Origin: a virus
Length of the DNA: 64,000 bases
Virus record (IMG/VR): IMGVR_UViG_3300031521_000027
Location: 1-64,000 of that record
Reading direction: 5' to 3' (one strand)
Below the pieces are notes generated by a model. It did no database searches. It worked only from the letters and a program-made list of their open reading frames with translations, and was not told the origin of the DNA. The translations under genes and the position numbers were made by a program. This document shows, in pieces, positions 1-8,591 of this stretch (positions are counted from its first letter, which is position 1; the number at the start of each line of letters is the position of its first letter).

Positions 1-1
1 C

Positions 2-562
2 AACCCCGGGGACCGCAAGCTGGTGGTGGCCGACTGCACCGAGGCGGTGAAGGCCATCGAGCCGATCCTGCTGAAGTACGTCGTGCCGTTCGACTTCGAG
101 GCCGACAAGCACTTCGAGGCGGAGATCCTGATCAACCACCCGCGCACTGGGGAGCCCGAGCAGATCATCCTCAACGGCTACATGGACATCCTCGTGCGCG
201 ACGACAAGGGCCGCTGGATCGTCTGGGACGTCAAGCACACCAAGGACGAGTCCTACTGGCGCAAGACCGTCGGCCAGCTCGGTTTCTACGATCTCGCCGT
301 TGAGCTGATGTTCGGGCAGGCCACGGCCATGACCGGGCTCTTCCAGCCGCTGTGCAAGGAGCGGGTCAAGGCCTACAAGCCGACCGTCGATTCCAGAAAC
401 CAGCTCCTCCAGAGGATCCTCGGCATGGCCAACGACATCCTGCTGGACATCAAGACCCCGGTCGAGGGAACTGGTCCCTGCGGTTTTTGTCCTACACGTC
501 ATGCGTGTACCAAGTTCGAGCCCATCATTGATAAGCAGGGCAAGAAGAGGATCTCAATGTGA
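2..562 (+). CDS. Cas4/RecB-like PD-(D/E)XK exonuclease (5' truncated)
   Basis: GYMDILVRD...WDVKH catalytic motif, QLGFY motif, C-terminal CxxCxxxxxC; frame is open from the window start. Confidence 0.8.
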   Translation, partial: NPGDRKLVVADCTEAVKAIEPILLKYVVPFDFEADKHFEAEILINHPRTGEPEQIILNGYMDILVRDDKGRWIVWDVKHTKDESYWRKTVGQLGFYDLAVELMFGQATAMTGLFQPLCKERVKAYKPTVDSRNQLLQRILGMANDILLDIKTPVEGTGPCGFCPTRHACTKFEPIIDKQGKKRISM

Positions 563-1122
563 CTGAGACATGGCTTCCCATCTTGGGGTATGGGGGCTAC
601 TACGAGGTGTCCGATCTCGGCAGAGTTCGGGCTCTGGCTCGCGTTGTCACCTACTCCACTGGAGGGAAGCGAAGTTATCCGGGAAGGATTCTTGTTCCCT
701 TCATGGGCCCCAGAGGTTACTGGTTGGTGGCGGTGTCCTACAGGAGCAAGACGTCACTTCCTGCGGTTCACTCCTTGGTGGCCAAGGCCTTCCATGGACC
801 TCGTCCTGAGGGGCTGGAGTGCAGGCACCTAGACGGGGACCGAGACAACAACCGGGTGTCCAATCTTCAGTGGGGAACTCACTCGGAGAACCGACTGGAC
901 CAGATTGCCCATGGAACTGATACCAAGCGGAATCGAACACACTGCCCTCGGGGCCATCCCTTGCAGGAACCCAATCTCTGCTTACGGCAGTGGGAGAACG
1001 GTCGCCGAGCCTGTAGGTCCTGTGCAGCAGCCAGAGAGTTCGTGTCCAGACATCCCTTAGCTGATTTCAAGCTGGAGGGTGACAGGTACTACAACCAGTT
1101 CGTTCTGAGCCTCAGCGCCTGA
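559..1122 (+). CDS. NUMOD4-HNH homing endonuclease
   Basis: N-terminal WLPILGYGGYYEVSDLGRVR (NUMOD4); HLDGDRDNNRVSNL HNH motif; lower GC than neighbours. Confidence 0.9.
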   Translation: MTETWLPILGYGGYYEVSDLGRVRALARVVTYSTGGKRSYPGRILVPFMGPRGYWLVAVSYRSKTSLPAVHSLVAKAFHGPRPEGLECRHLDGDRDNNRVSNLQWGTHSENRLDQIAHGTDTKRNRTHCPRGHPLQEPNLCLRQWENGRRACRSCAAAREFVSRHPLADFKLEGDRYYNQFVLSLSA

Positions 1123-1125
1123 GAG

Positions 1126-1139
1126 GCGTATCAGTGAGG
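1126..1139 (+). promoter_or_regulatory. Phage middle-promoter motif (GCGTATC AGTGAGG)
   Basis: Copy of the recurring GCGTAYC-A(G/A)T motif, upstream of ATG 1156. Confidence 0.6.
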
Positions 1140-1155
1140 GGAGAGGAGGCCAACC

Positions 1156-1404
1156 ATGGCCGCTATTGAAGATCAGATCCGTGAGGTCCGTGGGGCCATC
1201 GCGCAGGTGCAGAACAAGAAGGCACGCTCCGCCGTCGAGCTGGAGAACGCCAAGTCCCGGCTCGCGGATGCGCGCAAGGTGCTGAAGGACGAGTTCGGCG
1301 TCGAGACCAACGAGGAAGCCAAGTCCAAGCTCACCGAGCTGCGGGCCGAACTGGACTCCGCCGTCGCCGAGATCGAGGCCTCACTGGTAGAGGCCGGGGC
1401 GTGA
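1156..1404 (+). CDS. Small coiled-coil hypothetical protein
   Basis: GGAGG RBS, heptad-rich sequence, typical codon usage. Confidence 0.75.
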   Translation: MAAIEDQIREVRGAIAQVQNKKARSAVELENAKSRLADARKVLKDEFGVETNEEAKSKLTELRAELDSAVAEIEASLVEAGA

Positions 1405-1622
1405 TCACAGCTCTCGTCACCGTCGGTGCTGTCCTGCTGGTGGGAGGGCTGGTGATCTACGCTGCCCTTTCCAACACCGCTCCTGAGCCTTCACCGCTGG
1501 TGATCTGCACGGTGTGCGTCATGGGGTTCTCTGCGTGGGAGAAGGCTGTTGAGCATCTCCAGCTCGCCCACATCTCGAAGGTCCCTGACGATCTCTCTGA
1601 CATCGAGCTTGACTCTAGGTAA
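1401..1622 (+). CDS. Small membrane protein with C2H2-like zinc motif
   Basis: N-terminal hydrophobic helix; CxxC...HxxxxH; GTGA overlap with previous gene. Confidence 0.6.
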   Translation: MITALVTVGAVLLVGGLVIYAALSNTAPEPSPLVICTVCVMGFSAWEKAVEHLQLAHISKVPDDLSDIELDSR

Positions 1623-1637
1623 GGACAGTCTTATACT
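1609..1637 (+). promoter_or_regulatory. Host SigA-type promoter
   Basis: TTGACT-17 bp-TATACT upstream of ORF 1677. Confidence 0.8.
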
Positions 1638-1676
1638 AGAGACGTCAACCCAGATTCACGAAACAAGGCGGTCAGC

Positions 1677-2312
1677 ATGAGCAAGGGCAAGTACGACAAG
1701 CTGCGCAGGGGCCTGATGGCCAATCCCATCGCGGTCACCCGGCGTCTCCCCGGCCAGCCCCCGGCACCCATCACCGAGCCCGTGCAGGACGCTCTCCCGC
1801 TGAGCGGGATGCAGCCCGGCGAACTGGTGATGATCAAGGGCACGACCCCCAAGCTCGTGGACGCTCCCTACACCGGGGTCGAGGTCAGGGTGGCTCAGTT
1901 CCTCGCGGAGGAAGCCGACATCGTCGTCACGGCAGTGCCGATGGACACCATGCCGGAGAAGCTGCTGAGCAACACCGACCGAGGCCTCAAGGGTCTGGCC
2001 AAGGGCCTCATGCTGAAGGAGGAGGGCCAGACCAAGGCACTCACCGGAGCAGCGGCATGGGCCGAGCGCGCCAACGCGTGGATCGTCAAGCTCCCGGCAG
2101 GCACGCTCTTCTCCGCCAACGAGCTGGTGAGGGCTGTCGACCTGCCCCACCCGGACACCGACACGCCGAACCGCAACAACGCCGTCGGTGCGCTGTTCTC
2201 CTCCGCCTCTCGCAGGGGCCTGATGCGCAAGACCGGGAACTACAAGCCGAGCAACAACTCGGCCAACCGGGGTGCCGTCGTGGCCATCTGGATGCGGACG
2301 GACGCGAAGTGA
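1677..2312 (+). CDS. Hypothetical protein (possible C-terminal winged helix)
   Basis: Long ORF with genome-typical codon bias behind a promoter and RBS. Confidence 0.7.
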   Translation: MSKGKYDKLRRGLMANPIAVTRRLPGQPPAPITEPVQDALPLSGMQPGELVMIKGTTPKLVDAPYTGVEVRVAQFLAEEADIVVTAVPMDTMPEKLLSNTDRGLKGLAKGLMLKEEGQTKALTGAAAWAERANAWIVKLPAGTLFSANELVRAVDLPHPDTDTPNRNNAVGALFSSASRRGLMRKTGNYKPSNNSANRGAVVAIWMRTDAK

Positions 2313-2587
2313 GCGGGGATCCGAACGTCCGCTGGCTGGTCGTCACCAATGCTCCAGCCGCCACCGTCGAGCGGTACCTCTACAGCACCGCCCACCGGGT
2401 GGTCAGCTACGACAACCCGAACTACAACCACCCGACCCACCTCGTGGTCGTGATGGCCCGCAGCAACGTCGAGTACATCGCCAACTACCAGTCCGACCGG
2501 ATGCTCTCCGGCCTGATGGGGTCCAAGGTGTGTGAGACCTACCTTGAGGCTCTGGATGCCATCCTCGACGTCACCCGCGATTCCTGA
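2309..2587 (+). CDS. Hypothetical protein
   Basis: GTGA-coupled start at 2309 within track ORF 2057-2587. Confidence 0.65.
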   Translation: MSGDPNVRWLVVTNAPAATVERYLYSTAHRVVSYDNPNYNHPTHLVVVMARSNVEYIANYQSDRMLSGLMGSKVCETYLEALDAILDVTRDS

Positions 2588-2600
2588 AAGGAGGCTCCCG

Positions 2601-3041
2601 ATGCGAGCTGCAATCTTCGACATGGACGGCACGCTCGCTGACGTGCGGAGCATCCGGCACTTCGTGAACGGACCCGTCAGGAACTTCGACGCCTTCCACC
2701 GCGCCAGCGTGAACGTGCCCGCCAACCAGTGGGTGGTGAAGCGCGCGCAGGCTCTGCACGCCTCCGGGGTGGCCATCCTCGTGGTGACCGCCCGGGTGCA
2801 TCGTTTCCGGAATCACACCGCGTGGTGGCTGGCCATGCACGATGTGCCGAGCGACGGCCTGTGGATGCGCAACGATGATGACCAGCGTCCGGACTTCTTC
2901 GTGAAGGCCGACATCCTGAAGCGCATCCTCGATCTGGGCTACACCCCGATCCGTGCGTTTGACGACAACCCCGCCGTGATCAAGCTCTGGCAGAGTCACG
3001 GCATCCCCACCACCATCGTCCCGGGCTGGGAGGCCTCATGA
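2601..3041 (+). CDS. HAD-family phosphatase (T4 PNKP phosphatase-domain-like)
   Basis: IFDMDGTLAD motif I, VVTAR motif II, MR..D.RPD..VK, FDDNP motif IV; GGAGG RBS. Confidence 0.85.
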   Translation: MRAAIFDMDGTLADVRSIRHFVNGPVRNFDAFHRASVNVPANQWVVKRAQALHASGVAILVVTARVHRFRNHTAWWLAMHDVPSDGLWMRNDDDQRPDFFVKADILKRILDLGYTPIRAFDDNPAVIKLWQSHGIPTTIVPGWEAS

Positions 3042-3241
3042 ACAAGGTTCTGAAACAGGCAGTCGAAGACGCCTCGTACGAGCGCAGCGGCAGCGGTCAG
3101 GGAGTACCCACCAAGAAGGAGCTGGCCAAGCTCCTGAAGAAGGTCGAGAAGCTCAACAAGGGGGGCAACGAGACCCTCTACGACTACATCGACGCCACCC
3201 ACGACCTGATCAACGCCCTGCTGGTGAAGCTCTATGTCTGA
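3038..3241 (+). CDS. Hypothetical protein
   Basis: ATGA-coupled short ORF. Confidence 0.6.
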   Translation: MNKVLKQAVEDASYERSGSGQGVPTKKELAKLLKKVEKLNKGGNETLYDYIDATHDLINALLVKLYV

Positions 3242-4460
3242 CCAGATGAGCCTGCTCGAACTCAGCGAGCTGGAGGACGACCTTGTCCCCGAGATCCTGC
3301 CGTCGTCGGCGTCGCTGTCGATCAAGGCCGACGTCGCCAAGCTGAAGGCGCTGTTCTCCCGGGCCAACGGGGTCACACCCGTCCGGGAGATCGTGCCGGG
3401 CACGGCCTTCGCGCTGTTCGAGGCTGTTCCCACCACCTCCGAGGTGGCCGCGCATCTCCGGATCACGGCCACCGACGGGGAGCAGACGGTCTCCGTGGTG
3501 GAGGACGGTGTCGACGTCAAGGTGCCCGGCGCTGTCCTGCTGCCGCCCAAGCGGATGCTGGACATCCTGAAGCTGGCTCCGACCACCCGGGTCGACATCA
3601 CTGTGGTGGGCTCCACCGCTCTGGTGCGCTCGGGCCGCGCCCGCTGGACCGTGCAGGTACCTGTGGGGGAAATGAACCTGCTGGGGCTCGACGAGGTTTC
3701 TGGAATCAAGCTGGCTCCTGTGCCGGTGGTTCCCTTCCTGTGCGCCCTGATGGCTGCCCGCAAGGCTGCCTCCACCTCAGACGCCCGGGTGTCCCTGATG
3801 CAGGTCAAGGTCAAGGACTCCGCCATCGTCGCCTGCGACGGGGGACGGCTGCACAAGGCCACCGTGGCGGGGCTCGACCCGGCCATGGACACCACCATCC
3901 CGGTGCGGACGGTCGACGAGCTGATCAAGGCCCTCGACGGGGCCGACGAGTTGCTCATGGGCTTCGACGAGCGCCATCTGGTGTTCCGGGTGGGGGCCGA
4001 CTCCATCGTGGCCCAGAGGATGCTCCTGCCGTTCCCTGACGTGCAGTCCCTGCTGCTCGGGCCGCAGATCACCAACACCCTCGGGCTGCTGGTGGATCGC
4101 AACGAGCTGTACGAGGCGATCAAGCGGGTGCGGATCAACGCCGACCCTGACATCGCCGTGGTGTCCCTCAGCATCGTCAGGGGGGCCCGTAGCGCCACGG
4201 ACTGGGCTCTGGAGGTCAAGAGTAGGGACCGGGCAGGCAACACGGCGCAGGAGGTCGTGGAGTGCCAGTGGAAGGGCAAGCCGAAGGAGGTCTTCTACAA
4301 CCATCACTACCTCACCGATCTGCTGGAGGTGTGCATCGCCGACACGCTGATGCTGAGGATGGGCGGGGACACCAAGGCCAACCGCACGCCGCTGCTGATC
4401 GACGACACGGACGCAGGGGTGATGGGCATCATCCAGCAGACGACGGACCACTGGTCATAG
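3234..4460 (+). CDS. dnaN: DNA polymerase III beta subunit (sliding clamp)
   Basis: ITATDGE, VACDGGRL, FPDV and YNHHYLTDLL motifs; length fits a three-domain beta clamp. Confidence 0.85.
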   Translation: MSDQMSLLELSELEDDLVPEILPSSASLSIKADVAKLKALFSRANGVTPVREIVPGTAFALFEAVPTTSEVAAHLRITATDGEQTVSVVEDGVDVKVPGAVLLPPKRMLDILKLAPTTRVDITVVGSTALVRSGRARWTVQVPVGEMNLLGLDEVSGIKLAPVPVVPFLCALMAARKAASTSDARVSLMQVKVKDSAIVACDGGRLHKATVAGLDPAMDTTIPVRTVDELIKALDGADELLMGFDERHLVFRVGADSIVAQRMLLPFPDVQSLLLGPQITNTLGLLVDRNELYEAIKRVRINADPDIAVVSLSIVRGARSATDWALEVKSRDRAGNTAQEVVECQWKGKPKEVFYNHHYLTDLLEVCIADTLMLRMGGDTKANRTPLLIDDTDAGVMGIIQQTTDHWS

Positions 4461-4488
4461 GCTGCGCGCAGTCGCGTTGCGCCGACAG

Positions 4489-4523
4489 GAAGCCCGGAGG
4501 TGTTAGTGGCCCTCCGGGCTTTC
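4489..4523 (+). terminator. Intrinsic terminator hairpin
   Basis: AAGCCCGGAGG / CCTCCGGGCTT stem downstream of dnaN. Confidence 0.75.
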
Positions 4524-4556
4524 GCTTGCCCACCGGTAGGTTGATTCCAGAAACAG

Positions 4557-4585
4557 TTGACATGCAGAGCCCAAGTGACTATAGT
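4557..4585 (+). promoter_or_regulatory. Host SigA-type promoter
   Basis: TTGACA-17 bp-TATAGT upstream of ORF 4619. Confidence 0.85.
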
Positions 4586-4618
4586 TAGGGACAGGTCAAC
4601 AACACAGAAGGAATCACA

Positions 4619-5020
4619 ATGGCTGCACTGCCCGACGGTCTCACGCAGGCCGACCTCGACCGCTACGCCCAGCTCGACGCTGGCATCGCCGCGCTCGCCG
4701 AAGAGCACAAGATCCTCAACGCCAAGATCAAGAAGGCTCACCTCGACGCCGGTCTTTCCGGAAAGAAGACGCTGGTCTACCCCAGCGACAAGTACGGCGC
4801 GATCATCGTCAAGCTCAACGAGCAGCGCAGGCTCGACATGGAGGCACTGGCCGAGAAGTACGTCGAGGAGCAGTTCCCGCAGTACTTCATCCACTCCCTC
4901 GACACCAAGGCCATCCCCGCCGATGAGCTGGACGTCTTCCGTACCAAGGTCGTGCAGACCCTGTCCATCGACCGGGAGAACGCCGAGCCCGCCGTCTCGC
5001 CGAAGCGCGTGCAGGTCTGA
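4619..5020 (+). CDS. Hypothetical protein
   Basis: AAGGA RBS, strong codon bias, follows SigA promoter. Confidence 0.75.
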   Translation: MAALPDGLTQADLDRYAQLDAGIAALAEEHKILNAKIKKAHLDAGLSGKKTLVYPSDKYGAIIVKLNEQRRLDMEALAEKYVEEQFPQYFIHSLDTKAIPADELDVFRTKVVQTLSIDRENAEPAVSPKRVQV

Positions 5021-5280
5021 TGGTGGCAACCATGACGGTTCGCAGCGAGGTTCGGGGAACCGTGCCTCAGCTGCGGATCTTCGCCCGCATGACGGGCACC
5101 CAGACCCAGCGCACCCTGCGCGTGGATGGCCAGCGCTCGCTGACCCAGAACATCACCACGGCAGCGCTGATGGTGGGCAGGGTGGAAGCTACGAAGCGCG
5201 GTCTCGATCCTGCCTCTGTGCGGGTCGTTCAGCAGTTGGAGGATGGCTATGGGCACGTCGCCCTTCTGGAGGGGCTGTGA
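5020..5280 (+). CDS. Hypothetical protein
   Basis: TGATG-coupled ORF. Confidence 0.6.
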   Translation: MVATMTVRSEVRGTVPQLRIFARMTGTQTQRTLRVDGQRSLTQNITTAALMVGRVEATKRGLDPASVRVVQQLEDGYGHVALLEGL

Positions 5281-5447
5281 GGTCGGCAGAGAGGCTCTCG
5301 AAGACCTCCGTGTGCAAGGACCACACTCTGGTGGCGGTGCTGTCCATGATGGTGGACTTCGGGACCGCATTCACGGTCAGGACCACCGTCCCTGCGACCT
5401 GCCAGCACTGCGCCCTCCCCGCCTACACGACGGTGTCCCGGCTGTGA
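5277..5447 (+). CDS. Small putative zinc-binding protein
   Basis: GTGA-coupled; CxxH...CxxC. Confidence 0.55.
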   Translation: MRSAERLSKTSVCKDHTLVAVLSMMVDFGTAFTVRTTVPATCQHCALPAYTTVSRL

Positions 5448-5722
5448 AGTACATGTGGTCAGGGACGCCGGAGGGAGAAGCGCTGGAGGCCAGCATCTCG
5501 AAGGCTGTGCACGACATGCTGGCCAAGCGGGACGGTCTGCTGGAGGAGATGTGCATGGCGATGATCTTCGAGGGCAGGCGTGGGCTCAAGGTCGTCGAGT
5601 CGCTGGAGACCATGACCGTCGAACTGTCCGATGAGGTGCCCTTGGGAGAGATCCACTGGCACCGGGACTACACCCCCGCGTTGGACTTCAGCGTCGAAGA
5701 TTTTCTGCGCTCGAAGTCGTAA
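5444..5722 (+). CDS. Hypothetical protein
   Basis: GTGA-coupled start at 5444. Confidence 0.6.
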   Translation: MKYMWSGTPEGEALEASISKAVHDMLAKRDGLLEEMCMAMIFEGRRGLKVVESLETMTVELSDEVPLGEIHWHRDYTPALDFSVEDFLRSKS

Positions 5723-5823
5723 ACCACTATGTAACCTTTAACTAACTACCCCCGTAGGGGGAGTAAGGCTCATCGAGTCCTTGGTCTCTGATCGAGGGCT
5801 CGCTGCGTTTTCGGGTCCGATCC

Positions 5824-5837
5824 GCGTACCAGTAGTT
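5824..5837 (+). promoter_or_regulatory. Phage middle-promoter motif, leaderless
   Basis: GCGTACC AGTAGTT followed directly by GTG 5838. Confidence 0.65.
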
Positions 5838-6794
5838 GTGAAGCTGTTCCCCTACCCCGAGTGTGGCGACTCTTCTGACGTCCTCGGGTGGATGAAGGGC
5901 AACGCCAACCGGTACCTCCACACCTTCCGCCGCACGAGCACTCCGTTCCCGGATGTCGACATGCTCAGCGACTGGGTCTTCACGGTCAGTGTGAAGCTCC
6001 ACCGACCGTTAGGCGCTACCGAACGGTCCTACCTGCTCACAGCGGACATGGCTGTCTCGGCGGCGGAGTACGCGCTGGAGCACTACGACCCCGAGCACGA
6101 GTGCTTCGAGAAGGCCCACCGTGGGGGCTGCCGGTCCAAGCGGGTCTCGCCGCTGTTGGGCATGGTCAAGGATCTGGCCTACATGAGCGCGGCGCAGGTG
6201 GCGGCGAAGCTCGGCATCAGCCGTCAGCACGCGACCCGGTTGCGCAAGCGTGTGGTCGCCGACGCCCCCCAAGACGTTTCCGAAAAAGAGATTGATGCAC
6301 TCATTGGGCACCCCGGTTGGTCTGGCGACGTTCTGAGGCGTACCAGTAGTCATGGACACATTGGATTCGCTGGTCGTCAGGGCCCGCCAGCGCCGTCGGC
6401 AGATCGATGTGGCGCAGGGTGGGGTCCGGGCGGTGCTGTTGCGGGGCAAGGAGCTGACCACCGAGGTGTCAGACCTGTCCGCACTGGTGGAGGAGCTGGA
6501 CCGCGTGACGGTGCTGCTGAACTCGCTGGGGGAGGAGCGGCAGCTTGCCGCCCAGTCCAGCATCGAGGAGCTGGTCACCCGGGGCCTGCGGATGATCTTC
6601 GACGACACCCTGAGCTTCCACATCGTGCAGGCCGTGAAGGGCAAGACCGCAGTGGTCGAGTTCGTGGTCCGCACGACGCTGGGCAACGACGTCATCGAGA
6701 CCCCGGTGATGGACGCCCGGGGCGGTGGCCTTGCCGCCGTGATCGGCTTCCTGCTGCGGTTCGTCGTCATGCTGATGGGTCGCGATCCCCGTGA
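5838..6794 (+). CDS. PriCT-1/HTH protein resembling the C-terminal half of ColE2/pAL5000-type Rep; portion beyond about 6310 doubtful
   Basis: LHRPLGATE...AVSAAEY, RGG.RSKR, and HTH MSAAQVAAKLGISRQHATRLR; 3' part overlaps gene 6352 out of frame. Confidence 0.5.
   Translation: MKLFPYPECGDSSDVLGWMKGNANRYLHTFRRTSTPFPDVDMLSDWVFTVSVKLHRPLGATERSYLLTADMAVSAAEYALEHYDPEHECFEKAHRGGCRSKRVSPLLGMVKDLAYMSAAQVAAKLGISRQHATRLRKRVVADAPQDVSEKEIDALIGHPGWSGDVLRRTSSHGHIGFAGRQGPPAPSADRCGAGWGPGGAVAGQGADHRGVRPVRTGGGAGPRDGAAELAGGGAAACRPVQHRGAGHPGPADDLRRHPELPHRAGREGQDRSGRVRGPHDAGQRRHRDPGDGRPGRWPCRRDRLPAAVRRHADGSRSP
6338..6351 (+). promoter_or_regulatory. Phage middle-promoter motif, leaderless
   Basis: GCGTACC AGTAGTC followed directly by ATG 6352. 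Confidence 0.7.
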
Positions 6795-7002
6795 CTCCAC
6801 GATCATGGTGCTGGACGAGATCTTCGCCCACGTGAGCGCGGAGTACCTCGAACCGACAGGGCAGTTCCTGCGCGAGGTCGTCGACCGCACCGGGGTCCAG
6901 ATCATCATGGTCACCCACCAGCCAGAGTTCGCCCAGTACGCCGACCGGGTCTACAACTTCTCCACCACCAACGGCAAGACCGTTGTGAAGGACGTTTCCT
7001 GA
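6352..7002 (+). CDS. SbcC/Rad50-like ABC ATPase, C-terminal half
   Basis: Coiled coil, signature-like RGGG, Walker B IMVLDE, D-loop-like IFAHVS, H-loop MVTHQ; no Walker A. Confidence 0.8.
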   Translation: MDTLDSLVVRARQRRRQIDVAQGGVRAVLLRGKELTTEVSDLSALVEELDRVTVLLNSLGEERQLAAQSSIEELVTRGLRMIFDDTLSFHIVQAVKGKTAVVEFVVRTTLGNDVIETPVMDARGGGLAAVIGFLLRFVVMLMGRDPRDSTIMVLDEIFAHVSAEYLEPTGQFLREVVDRTGVQIIMVTHQPEFAQYADRVYNFSTTNGKTVVKDVS

Positions 7003-7003
7003 A

Positions 7004-7240
7004 ATGAATGTTGATCCCGGTATGCCCCGCAAGGTCCTGCGCTGGGCCCACGAGCACGGCGGGGTGCACACCGACTGCCTCATCTCCGGCAAGCCCTGCG
7101 AGAGCTGCGAGAGGGTCATCATCTCCGCGTTCGACCACTTCTACGGCCACGCCACCGACATCGGTGAGGTACTGGCCTTGGTCGTCGCCGACTACCGGCA
7201 GGACATCCTTGCCGACGAACAGGAAGCCCCTCATGCCTGA
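7004..7240 (+). CDS. Hypothetical protein (Cys/His motifs)
   Basis: Coupled short ORF with HxxC...CxxC. Confidence 0.55.
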   Translation: MNVDPGMPRKVLRWAHEHGGVHTDCLISGKPCESCERVIISAFDHFYGHATDIGEVLALVVADYRQDILADEQEAPHA

Positions 7241-7391
7241 GAACGTCAAGGTCCATGTGTCCCTGCTGGCAGCCGCCACGCTGGTTGCGGTGATGTGCCT
7301 GTACGGCTTCTGGTTCTACTCGCACTGCTTCTACATCCCGTTTCAGGACGCTCCTGCCGGGTGCTTCGGCTCGTTCGTGACGAGCAAGTGA
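7233..7391 (+). CDS. Small membrane protein
   Basis: AGGA RBS, hydrophobic helix. Confidence 0.55.
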   Translation: MPENVKVHVSLLAAATLVAVMCLYGFWFYSHCFYIPFQDAPAGCFGSFVTSK

Positions 7392-8518
7392 TGAGCGACG
7401 CCGACACAGCCCCACTGGCCCTGAAGTACCGGCCACAGGTGTTCCCCGATCTGGTGGGTCAGCGGCTCAACGCCACCGTGCTCCAGCGGATGGTCGACAC
7501 CGACCGGGTCCCACACGCCCTGCTCTTCTCCGGCCCGTCCGGGGTGGGCAAGACCACAGCCGCCCGGGTGCTCGCCTCCCAGATGGGGGCCTCCGATGTG
7601 ATCGAGGTGGACGCTGCCAGCAATGGGGGCGTGGACCAGATCCGCAAGCTGCTGGACGTGGCCCGGTTCTCCACAGGAGGGGCCCACAGGGTCATGGTGC
7701 TGGACGAGGCACACAGCATCACCCGGCAGGGCTTCGAGGCCCTCCTGAAGACGCTGGAGGAGCCGCCGAGCAATACCGTGTTCGTGCTGGTCACCACCGA
7801 GCCCCACAAGATCCCCGGCACCGTGCTGAGCAGGCTGGTGGAGTTCCAGTTCCGCGCCGTCCCCGACGCCGACGTGCTGGACCGGGTGATGGTGATCGCC
7901 CAGAAGGAGTCGATCCCTGCCGAGTTCGACCTGATCAACCACATCGTCCGGCTGGCAGGTGGCAACGTCCGCACCGCGCTGATGGCACTGGACCAGACGT
8001 GGCGCGCACAGGTGACCACCATGGCTGACTACCAGCGCCTGACGGGGGAGCACGACACGGCACCAGCCCTGCTGGAGGCCTGCGCCTCCGGCGACCACTC
8101 CCGGGTCTTCGAGGTGCTGGACACCCAGCTGTCCTCGGTGGGCTCGCCCGGCCAGATCACCGCTGAGCTGGTCTCCTGCCTGAGGGACCTGCTGGTGCTG
8201 CGCGCCGGAGGCACCCTGAAGGTGTCGGGGGAGGACTACGAGGTCCGCCATGGGCTGGCACTGAAGCTGGAGCCGGAGCGGTTGCTTGCTGCGATCCGGG
8301 TGTTGTGGGAGGTCAAGACCAAGATCCGCTCCGACGACCCCAGAGGGGTGCTGGAGATGGCGCTGGTGCTGGTCACCGAGGCGTTCACCAAGGGCAAGGA
8401 CATCATCCCCAAGGTCATGGCGATGGCCGTCCCTGCTCCATCCACTGAGGAGGTTCAGACCCCCCGGAGGATGAGCCTTTCCGACCTCCAGCGGTTTGCT
8501 CCGGCTGCATCTGTATGA
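7391..8518 (+). CDS. dnaX: DNA polymerase III gamma/tau-like clamp loader ATPase
   Basis: LALKYRPQ.F.DLVGQ, GPSGVGKTT, EVDAASNGGVDQIR, LDEAH, LLKTLEEPP, TVLSR. Confidence 0.92.
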   Translation: MSDADTAPLALKYRPQVFPDLVGQRLNATVLQRMVDTDRVPHALLFSGPSGVGKTTAARVLASQMGASDVIEVDAASNGGVDQIRKLLDVARFSTGGAHRVMVLDEAHSITRQGFEALLKTLEEPPSNTVFVLVTTEPHKIPGTVLSRLVEFQFRAVPDADVLDRVMVIAQKESIPAEFDLINHIVRLAGGNVRTALMALDQTWRAQVTTMADYQRLTGEHDTAPALLEACASGDHSRVFEVLDTQLSSVGSPGQITAELVSCLRDLLVLRAGGTLKVSGEDYEVRHGLALKLEPERLLAAIRVLWEVKTKIRSDDPRGVLEMALVLVTEAFTKGKDIIPKVMAMAVPAPSTEEVQTPRRMSLSDLQRFAPAASV

Positions 8519-8521
8519 GTT

Positions 8522-8552
8522 TTGCACCGATTCAGTTCTCCCGTTGTAGGCT
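8522..8552 (+). promoter_or_regulatory. Possible SigA-type promoter
   Basis: TTGCAC-19 bp-TAGGCT upstream of the glycosyltransferase cassette; spacing is suboptimal. Confidence 0.35.
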
Positions 8553-8591
8553 GCTCGCGAGGCCGGGGGGACTCTTACCTATTTTGGAGGA

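Noticed and set aside
2-562. Cas4-like gene as evidence of a CRISPR-Cas system
   Set aside because: No repeat-spacer array or other cas genes were seen; stand-alone Cas4-like nucleases are common in phages.
6310-6794. C-terminal ~160 aa of track ORF 5781-6794 as a real domain
   Set aside because: It is low-complexity Gly/Arg/Pro sequence typical of an alternative frame over the Rad50-like gene.
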